The notes under the pieces were generated by a model, which was not told where the DNA came from, ran no database searches, and saw nothing but the letters and a program-made list of their open reading frames with translations. Shown here piece by piece: positions 7,906-15,162 of a DNA stretch of 24,902 bases. A program made the translations under genes and the position numbers. The DNA is from Promethearchaeia archaeon (GTDB lineage Archaea > Asgardarchaeota > Lokiarchaeia > Sigyniarchaeales > SOKP01). The stretch is from the NCBI GenBank assembly GCA_029856105.1, contig JAHQWH010000161.1:1-24902 (forward strand), in the 5' to 3' direction. Numbering within the stretch: position 1 is the stretch's first letter; each line of letters starts with the position of its first letter.

Positions 7906-9024
7906 TTGAAGCCAGTTGTTTTAGATAATGGTACGGGAATATCTAAGAATGGATATGCTGGAGAAGACCAACCTCGTTCTGTTTTTCCAACTGTAATTGG
8001 CGAACCAAAGTATGGGGTCGTTTTACCAGATGTAAGGCATTATTCACGAGATTTTTACATAGGTGAAGAAGCTATGCAATTAAAAGGTCTGATGCGATTA
8101 ATGTTTCCTATTGAACATGGAATTGTTGAGGACTGGCCCGCTATGGAGAAGATTTGGCATTACACTTTCTATACTGATCTTAGAATTGATCCTTCTGAGC
8201 ATCCTGTATTATTAACGGAGGCGCCCTTAAATCCTAGAATGAATCGAGAAAAAATAGCGGAAATTATGTTTGAGACTTTTAATGTTCCTGCACTTTACAT
8301 TGCAACTCAAGCTATTTTATCGCTTTACGCTTCTGGGAGAACTACGGGCTGTGTAATAGACATTGGGGATGGAGTGTCTCATATCGTACCGATTTTTGAA
8401 GGTTTTGCTTTAAGTCACGCAATTCAGAGAGTTGATCTTGCTGGTCGAGATATAACGAATTATTTGCAGAGATTATTAAGGCAAAAGGGATATTCCTTTA
8501 CATCTTCGGCAGAAAAAGAAATAGTAAGAGACATTAAGGAGAAGCTATGCTATGTAGCCACTGATCCAGAAAAAGAAATGATTCTCTCGAAGAAAGTTTC
8601 TGGAATGGAAAAAAGTTTTATGTTACCCGATGGAGAGGTTATTAATGTAGGAATTGAAAGATTTTTAGCCCCAGAAAGCTTTTTTAATCCATCGGTATTA
8701 GGAAAAGAATTAGATCCTTTAGATAATATCCTTGTAGATGCCATTTCTGAATGTGATGTTGACCTAAGGCGAGATCTTTATAGTAACATAGTTCTCTCAG
8801 GAGGGTCTACTATGTTTTCTGGCATTAAAGAGCGTTTAACAAAAGAAATAAAAGAATTGGTTCCAGAATCGATCGATGTAAGAATACTTTCACCTCCAGA
8901 AAGAATGTATTCTGTTTGGATTGGTGGTTCAATATTAAGTTCTCTGAAAACATTTCATAGAATGTGGATAACGCGCCGTGAATACAAAGAAATTGGACCA
9001 GGAGTAATCCATCGATGTTTTTAA
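7906..9024 (+). CDS. Asgard archaeal actin (eukaryotic-type actin homologue)
   Basis: Actin hallmarks in order: [156 protein letters not shown]-terminal HRCF. Confidence 0.98.
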   Translation: MKPVVLDNGTGISKNGYAGEDQPRSVFPTVIGEPKYGVVLPDVRHYSRDFYIGEEAMQLKGLMRLMFPIEHGIVEDWPAMEKIWHYTFYTDLRIDPSEHPVLLTEAPLNPRMNREKIAEIMFETFNVPALYIATQAILSLYASGRTTGCVIDIGDGVSHIVPIFEGFALSHAIQRVDLAGRDITNYLQRLLRQKGYSFTSSAEKEIVRDIKEKLCYVATDPEKEMILSKKVSGMEKSFMLPDGEVINVGIERFLAPESFFNPSVLGKELDPLDNILVDAISECDVDLRRDLYSNIVLSGGSTMFSGIKERLTKEIKELVPESIDVRILSPPERMYSVWIGGSILSSLKTFHRMWITRREYKEIGPGVIHRCF

Positions 9025-9045
9025 ACTTTTAAAAATTAATTAAAA

Positions 9046-9057
9046 TTTTTTTTTTTT
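9046..9057 (+). terminator. Oligo-T (T12) archaeal terminator candidate after actin
   Basis: Twelve consecutive T starting 22 bp downstream of the actin stop. Confidence 0.55.
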
Positions 9058-9063
9058 ATAATA

Positions 9064-9095
9064 TTTAAACAAATAAATGAACAAGTAAGGGGTGG
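9064..9095 (+). promoter_or_regulatory. TATA-like box (TTTAAA 9064-9069) and RBS (GGGGTGG 9089-9095) upstream of the profilin-TrmB gene
   Basis: Position and spacing relative to ATG 9106 fit archaeal signals, but the AT-rich background limits certainty. Confidence 0.4.
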
Positions 9096-9105
9096 TAATA
9101 AAATA

Positions 9106-10347
9106 ATGGAAAAATACGTATCTGTTCTTGATAAATATATAAAATCCGACTCTAAAATAATATCAACAGCTATTATTGAAGATGAAAATAAGATTGTATA
9201 TTCGTCAGATAATTGGGATATTAGTAACGATATAGAAAACATAAACACGATTTGGCGAAATTTAGATGAAAGATATATTACTATTTCTGGAATTAAGTAT
9301 ATGATTCTTCAAATTTCTACTGAGAGGCTTGTTGCTAGTAATATAGATAAGAAGGGAAGCGTTATTGGGTTTAAAGAAGAAGAAAGAAAAATTATTTGTA
9401 AAATTGAACCTGAAGGACAGATTCATCTAGGAATAATGGAAGCATCAAGAACTTTGGGAAAACTTAGGTCTAAAAAACCTTATTTAGAACCTGATACGCC
9501 TTTAGGAAAGGTTGAGGAAATAAAGTGGGCTACTCCCAAAGTTTTGCTTGATGAAACCCAAAATTTGCAAAGATTAGGCTTATTAAAAGCAGGTTTAAGC
9601 TTAGAAGAGGCTAAAGTTTATTTAGCTTTGTTGAAAAAAGGAGAGAAAGGAGATAAAATTGGAAATATAAATAAAGAACTGGAAATAAAAAGAACTACGA
9701 TATATCGAATAATTGATCGTTTAGTTAAAAATTATTGGGTAGAAAAGGTATCGAGAACTCCAAGTGGCATACAAATATATGTTGCAAGGCCACTAAATGC
9801 TTTAATCGATGAGATTATTCGAGATAAAGAGGAGGAATTAAATATATTAAAAAGTTTTCGGTATGTAATGGGTGAGGATCTTGAAAATGGATGGATAGAT
9901 ATTGTTGAAGCTAAAAAAGACTTTCATGCATATGACGAAAAATCATACGATTTTAACACGCTTGGAATAAGAGGTGTAGATAAAGATTGCGGTCTTATAA
10001 TTTTAGAATACGATAGAGCTATAGAGAATAAGATTGTGATTCGGGCAGCTTTACAATTATCGTACGAGAAAATTTGGAATAGTTTACAACCAGATAAAGG
10101 AAATAAAGAATATATTATTCAAGATTTAGAAGATATCAAAGTTGAAGACATTGTAATCCAAGATTACTTGGGAGCCATCATGTATTTAAAATTTAAAGCT
10201 GGAAGCGATGCGGCTAAGAACGTTGGAAGTAGTTGGATTACTCTTGCTAAACACGTCGCGATTCCTATTGACGATAAAATCTACGTCATCTGGGGCACAG
10301 AAGAGAAATTTCCAATTCTTTTGAGCATGATATTGAAACTCAAGTAA
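9106..10347 (+). CDS. Profilin-like domain + TrmB-type winged HTH + C-terminal alpha/beta domain fusion (putative transcriptional regulator)
   Basis: aa 1-122 match Asgard profilin motifs (AII...IVYSSDNWDISND, ITISGIKYMILQISTERLVASN...GSVIG, C-terminal helix). aa 159-250 match the TrmB N-terminal wHTH (LLKAGLSLEEAKVYLALLKKG...INKELEIKRTTIYRIIDRLVKNYWVE......YVARPL followed by a coiled helix). Confidence 0.85.
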   Translation: MEKYVSVLDKYIKSDSKIISTAIIEDENKIVYSSDNWDISNDIENINTIWRNLDERYITISGIKYMILQISTERLVASNIDKKGSVIGFKEEERKIICKIEPEGQIHLGIMEASRTLGKLRSKKPYLEPDTPLGKVEEIKWATPKVLLDETQNLQRLGLLKAGLSLEEAKVYLALLKKGEKGDKIGNINKELEIKRTTIYRIIDRLVKNYWVEKVSRTPSGIQIYVARPLNALIDEIIRDKEEELNILKSFRYVMGEDLENGWIDIVEAKKDFHAYDEKSYDFNTLGIRGVDKDCGLIILEYDRAIENKIVIRAALQLSYEKIWNSLQPDKGNKEYIIQDLEDIKVEDIVIQDYLGAIMYLKFKAGSDAAKNVGSSWITLAKHVAIPIDDKIYVIWGTEEKFPILLSMILKLK

Positions 10348-10349
10348 AT

Positions 10350-10520
10350 CTACATTATTTCTTCTCTTATTTTGTTATAAAAGTCTACAATTATTTTACT
10401 TCTCTCTTCTGCGATTTGCTTAGAGACTTCTAAGTACAATCCATCCTTTAATTTTAAAATTTTTTTTTCCAAATGGTTAATTACTTGTTCGATGCCCCCT
10501 TTATTTCTAATGGTAAATCC
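10350..10520 (-). pseudogene. Orphan duplicate of the 3' end of the HD-hydrolase gene (displaced gene end)
   Basis: GFTIRNKGGIEQVINHLEKKILKLKDGLYLEVSKQIAEERSKIIVDFYNKIREEIM*. By manual alignment, 33 of 48 residues are identical to the C-terminus of ORF 14469-15059. Confidence 0.9.
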
Positions 10521-10526
10521 ATAGTC

Positions 10527-12965
10527 TTATAAAATTTCTTTTCCAAAAAAATACTTATTTTGTTTCATCTTCAGCTGATATTCTACGTAATTATTTTCCC
10601 AAATATCAATTAAATCTCTGAATCTTTTCGGAAAATCATTTAATTTTTGATTAATCAATTCTCTTGCTTTTTCCTTACCTTTAGGAGTAATATGATAAAT
10701 TCTTTGAAAATTCTCAACAACTTGTATATAATCAATATGAATTAATTTATGTTTAAAATTCCTAAATGAACGCGCCTTATTAATAATAAAATTCAACTCA
10801 CCAGAAGTAAAGAAAGGATTCTCTTTATCTTTTGAAAAAACTTCACAAATATAGTAAATACAGATTAAATTTCTCTTTAAACCGTCTCCCTTTTCAAAAA
10901 TTAACTGTAACGGATTTGGAATTTGAATCAAATGATTTTCAATTTTTTTTTTAAAAATTAAGATTCTATTTTTTAATTTACTTATCTGTTTGTCTAATTG
11001 ACTATAATAATTCCTTACAAATATCTCATCGGTTTTACTTTCCAAGATAGTAAGAGCATAATCTCGAAAATTTACAGCATGAAGCATTTGATGACAATTT
11101 ATACAAATAAAAACACATTCTTGAATAATTATATTTTCAATTAACCAATCAATATCCTTTTTTTTATATTCTTTACCAAATTCTATTTTTTCAAGATCAT
11201 CTCTAAAAATATCTTCATTAGTATGATGAGCAACAAAACAATTGAGGTGTTCATTAATATTAGCTTTTCGACAAATAGGACAAACATAATCATTTCCAAA
11301 TAGAAACTGAATACTATATTTTTTTTTAACGAATGCTAAAGTCGATTTTCTAATACCATCTTTTATCATTGTTTTTTGTTGAGCTTGAGTGTAATTTTTC
11401 GACATTTTAGTTTTTTCTTTTTTTTGGTTGTAATATATGCTTACTAATGACTTCAATTTGATTAAAACATCTGATGGATTTTCATTGATATTTTCTAAGG
11501 ATAGTTTCTGAAGAAATGTAAAAATCGGAGAAAAATTATATATTACATGATGTTTAGAAAAATGGCAATTCAGACATGCTAAACCTAATCCACCAATTTG
11601 AGTCTGCATTAATTTAATAGCTCTCTCAAATTTTAAGTTTAGAATAGTATGAGGAAGGATATATTTAAATTCTTTTCTTGTTATGAGTTTTTTGTAATTT
11701 TTGAGTAGATGGTGATGGGAGAGAGCAGGTAAGAATCTGTAATCAACATTGAATTGACAAGTTCCATTATTTCCTTGACATATTCCATTGTAATGAATAT
11801 CTATTTTCATCTGTAAATCTTTTTTCAAATAAGTAATTGTAATATCATCAACTAATTTATACAAATTCCTAAAATTCCTAATCGATACTTGAGCAGATTT
11901 TTGGAATGTATCATGATGACATGATCTAATATTAAAATCAAGATTTTGTCTTAAATACTGAATAATCTTCGTTGAAAAAACCACCCAAGATTTTAAGGAA
12001 ACTATATTTTTATCATGAGTTTCTTTTGCTACTTCAGTAATATTTATTTTTTGTTTGGTCTCATTTAATAATTTTATTTTTATAAGAAGCTTAACGATAA
12101 GTTGAATATAATTCTTAATATATTGTCTAAAATCGGCATCAGCTTGAATTCTATTGTCTAAACTCGGAATCTTTTTGATTTCTATTTGTCTGAAAACAGA
12201 ATCTCTTATAGAAACTATATTTTCTAAAATTTCCTTTTCTACTAAATTGTAAATAGTGATTTGTCTTAATTCAACTAAAACATATTGTGCAATTTTTTCT
12301 CTTAATTCTTCAGGAATATAAGTATTAGGTCTTAATTCTGGAAAACAGAAAGGGCAAGCTATTTTTGGTTCTTTTCTTCTTTTTATATTCTTGTATATAT
12401 CTTTAAATTCTTTATTGCATTCCTTACATCTAAAAATTATTTTATTTTCATCAGATTTGTATGTAGTGAGCATTTTAGCATTGTTTTCTTCAGCTATTTT
12501 TTTTAAATCATTCTTGATTTCTTCTATTGAACGAATAACAATGTTATTTTCTGAGGACATTAATTCTTTATTATATTCTTTATATCGCTGTTCTAATCTG
12601 AGTGTTAAATCATTAAAAAGATTAGAAAATTCTTGTATTTTTGACTCAATAATTTCCGCTGCAAAATCTGCGCCTTGTTTTGTAATTGTATAAATTTGTA
12701 CAAAGCTATGTTTTTTTTTAGAAATTGTTCCGCAGTATTGAACAAAATTTTCGTCTAACAGTTCCCTTCTAATATTATTAAAAAAAAATTCAGATCTGCT
12801 AAGAATCTTACTTAATTCCTTTCCAGAAAAAAATAACTTATCAATTTCATTCTTTTTTGGAAATATATCACAAATATAATATATCGTTAAAATTCCTAAT
12901 TGTAGAGATTCCCCGAACTTAAAAATTTTGCCTAGAAGTTCTTCTTGAGTATATTTAACTGTCAT
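10527..12965 (-). CDS. Large protein: wHTH - Zn ribbon - two HNH-like Zn-binding domains - wHTH (putative endonuclease)
   Basis: Duplicated IYYIC(D/E)(I/V)F...FF(S/T)..EL..I...IY.IT..G motif at both ends; FRCKEC...CPFC; GICQG...C...ALSHHH...ACLNCHFSKH and VCPIC...FVAHH...ICINCHQMLH. Confidence 0.75.
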   Translation of the reverse strand: MTVKYTQEELLGKIFKFGESLQLGILTIYYICDIFPKKNEIDKLFFSGKELSKILSRSEFFFNNIRRELLDENFVQYCGTISKKKHSFVQIYTITKQGADFAAEIIESKIQEFSNLFNDLTLRLEQRYKEYNKELMSSENNIVIRSIEEIKNDLKKIAEENNAKMLTTYKSDENKIIFRCKECNKEFKDIYKNIKRRKEPKIACPFCFPELRPNTYIPEELREKIAQYVLVELRQITIYNLVEKEILENIVSIRDSVFRQIEIKKIPSLDNRIQADADFRQYIKNYIQLIVKLLIKIKLLNETKQKINITEVAKETHDKNIVSLKSWVVFSTKIIQYLRQNLDFNIRSCHHDTFQKSAQVSIRNFRNLYKLVDDITITYLKKDLQMKIDIHYNGICQGNNGTCQFNVDYRFLPALSHHHLLKNYKKLITRKEFKYILPHTILNLKFERAIKLMQTQIGGLGLACLNCHFSKHHVIYNFSPIFTFLQKLSLENINENPSDVLIKLKSLVSIYYNQKKEKTKMSKNYTQAQQKTMIKDGIRKSTLAFVKKKYSIQFLFGNDYVCPICRKANINEHLNCFVAHHTNEDIFRDDLEKIEFGKEYKKKDIDWLIENIIIQECVFICINCHQMLHAVNFRDYALTILESKTDEIFVRNYYSQLDKQISKLKNRILIFKKKIENHLIQIPNPLQLIFEKGDGLKRNLICIYYICEVFSKDKENPFFTSGELNFIINKARSFRNFKHKLIHIDYIQVVENFQRIYHITPKGKEKARELINQKLNDFPKRFRDLIDIWENNYVEYQLKMKQNKYFFGKEIL

Positions 12966-13093
12966 GATACTTTTAGGTTTTTGATTTTGAAAGGGAATTT
13001 TATATTTTGTCTCATCAAGTATATCAATATTATCTTGATAAGTGAACTTAGCTTTTACTAAATCACAGATTGCGGATTTTGTAAATTTTCCAG

Positions 13094-13714
13094 TTAATTG
13101 CGCTTTAATATGGTCTTTTGATAATCCTTCAAATAATTTCGGAGGTTTTTAGAAAGTGATTTAAGCGTTTGATGATCAATGAGAATCTCGGAATGTGCTC
13201 TCAGGTGCTTGAGAATCCTCGTATATTGAATAGTAATTTCATCCATTCCATCCTTAATCGTCTTATTCACGAGATTTGGTTTTGAATCATCTCCCTTTTT
13301 AAGTGCCTTAATTTGTTTCTTGGTTAATTGCTTGAGATACGCATTCGAAATCGTATCCATATAACGTGAAATAATGGACACTCCCCTTCCAGCCGTGATG
13401 CAATACACCCATCCTTCTACAAACGAGGTAACTTCATTATGAAATTTTGATTTTACACCCTCGAGTAATTCACTTGGGGGGAGTCCTGCTTTATCAAACA
13501 AGCATGCTAGGGCAGCATCCACGAAATCACCGATTCTTTCATCAACATATACTAAAGGAATGTGATGTTTCTTGCATTTAGGATGCTTCCCAAAACCTAA
13601 GAACCTAAATTTAAGAGGCTTAACTCGTGTCATGTACTCGCATCCAAAATTAGGGCAGATTGCTACTCGATCCTCTCCTACGGTTTTCCGTGATACATTT
13701 GTGTATGCTTTCAT
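13094..13714 (-). CDS. Hypothetical protein with an N-terminal Cys/His Zn-finger-like motif; may be the 5' part of the 812-aa gene
   Basis: CPNFGC...PKCKKH motif. The start overlaps the upstream stop (ATGA). Confidence 0.7.
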   Translation of the reverse strand: MKAYTNVSRKTVGEDRVAICPNFGCEYMTRVKPLKFRFLGFGKHPKCKKHHIPLVYVDERIGDFVDAALACLFDKAGLPPSELLEGVKSKFHNEVTSFVEGWVYCITAGRGVSIISRYMDTISNAYLKQLTKKQIKALKKGDDSKPNLVNKTIKDGMDEITIQYTRILKHLRAHSEILIDHQTLKSLSKNLRNYLKDYQKTILKRN

Positions 13715-14322
13715 GAAGTTAATCTCTCCTCAAGTTGCTTTTTTAATTTTTGCTTCTTAATTGGCGTGATTTCGATTAAATCTTCAAGTTCTTCTTCTAA
13801 ATTGTTGTAATTTATTTCAAGTTCCCCATAAAATTCACTAAATTGCGCATTCAAGCATTTTTTCACTAAACAAAGGTGTTGTGCTAATATTACGCTAAAT
13901 TTGAGAAATTTAGGATGAGTGTAAAGGCTTTCTTCTGAAAAATAGTGAAGTAGCATGGATAATTTCTCAGTTATTTCTGAGAGTTTATTCAATGGTGTTT
14001 TATTATTGTCAAAAAAGAGAGATCGAATCCCTTCCTCAAGTGTTTTGGTGGGTTTTTTTAACTTCTTCAGCATGGTTATGAATTCACGAGTTAATGATTC
14101 AATTTCTTGCTTTTGACTGAAAAATTTAGTGTTTGTGTCATTTTCGGCAAGATGTGGACTGGGTCGAAATCGATATCTTATTACTTCAGCCTTATAATTA
14201 AAAAAAGTTCGGAGTTGGCGTGAAAGTTCTTTTATTTTTCTTGCACCCTCAATTTCATACCATTCATTAAAAATATCATCGTATTCAGATCCCATATAAG
14301 GATCTTCAATATAGTCTGTCAT
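13711..14322 (-). CDS. Hypothetical helical protein, first gene of the cassette
   Basis: 203-aa ORF translationally coupled to the next gene by a 4-bp overlap. Confidence 0.7.
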   Translation of the reverse strand: MTDYIEDPYMGSEYDDIFNEWYEIEGARKIKELSRQLRTFFNYKAEVIRYRFRPSPHLAENDTNTKFFSQKQEIESLTREFITMLKKLKKPTKTLEEGIRSLFFDNNKTPLNKLSEITEKLSMLLHYFSEESLYTHPKFLKFSVILAQHLCLVKKCLNAQFSEFYGELEINYNNLEEELEDLIEITPIKKQKLKKQLEERLTS

Positions 14323-14468
14323 AATTTATTTTCATAATTCTTTTACTACCTAATTATGATAGTTATATTTAAAGAACAAAATAAACAAAAAAGGCTTATG
14401 TCCGAATACAGGACTTGAAAGGAAAGAAAAATGAAGGTGGTTTTCAAAAAAGTACAAAAATTTAGATA

Positions 14469-15059
14469 TTACACTTCCTTTTTTATTTTATAATAAAAAT
14501 CTAAGATAATTTTCTGTCTTTCTTTTGCTATTTCTTTTGAAATGTCTAAATACATTCGATCTTTTAATTTTATTATTTTTTTTTCTAAATGTTCAATTAC
14601 TTTCTCTATTCCACCATTTTTCAATTTAAATGAATATATAATAGTTCTGTATAAACCTATTGCTCCAAGCGCGTCGAGTTTATCTGCGTCCGATAAAATT
14701 TTAGCTTCAAGAGTTTTAGGTTTTATTTTATTAGAAAAAGAATGCGCTCGAATACTGTGAAGAATATTTTCAATATCGTCAATACTAATGTTGAAGTTAG
14801 TTTTTTGGAAAAATTTTTCAGCCATTTCAGCGGAAATTTCAGCGTGATTCTTTGCATCATTATTTTCCTCATGAATTCTACCAACATCGTGAAGTAAGGC
14901 AGCTATTTTAATTGTCAATAAATTCGCATTTAAAGCAGTTCCTATTTGCACACATAAATTGAGTACTCGCTCAACGTGTTTAAAACCGTGGAGATCGTCA
15001 TTTTCAGAATTATTAAATGCGAAAGTTCTTACAGCTGAAAGTATTTCGTCGTCATTCAT
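14469..15059 (-). CDS. HD-domain metal-dependent phosphohydrolase (YedJ-like)
   Basis: Motifs HGFKHVERV, AALLHDVGR, HAEISA, IRAHSFS, EAKILSDADKLDALGAIG. Confidence 0.93.
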   Translation of the reverse strand: MNDDEILSAVRTFAFNNSENDDLHGFKHVERVLNLCVQIGTALNANLLTIKIAALLHDVGRIHEENNDAKNHAEISAEMAEKFFQKTNFNISIDDIENILHSIRAHSFSNKIKPKTLEAKILSDADKLDALGAIGLYRTIIYSFKLKNGGIEKVIEHLEKKIIKLKDRMYLDISKEIAKERQKIILDFYYKIKKEV

Positions 15060-15162
15060 AATATTTATTATTAATATAAAAGGAAAAAATTGATTTAATT
15101 AAAAAATAAGTTTGCTATAATAAAAATAGTTATAAAAAGTAAGAGTTGGATAATATTGTAGA

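Larger units (their letters stand above)
10521..14640. mobile_element. About 4.1-kb cassette apparently inserted in the HD-hydrolase gene; no integrase or transposase seen
   Basis: Bounded by two versions of the HD 3' end. Imperfect junction repeat atagt-ct-tataaa (10521-10533) vs atagttctgtataaa (14641-14655). Carries three co-oriented unusual ORFs. Confidence 0.6.

Noticed and set aside
9013-9024. Actin C-terminal Cys as a prenylation substrate for the nearby ICMT and prenyltransferase-fold genes
   Set aside because: -RCF is the ordinary actin ending and not a CaaX box, and the genes lie in a separate accessory block.
14400-14414. Small inverted repeat gtcc-gaataca-ggac upstream of the cassette
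   Set aside because: Only a 4-bp stem, expected by chance.
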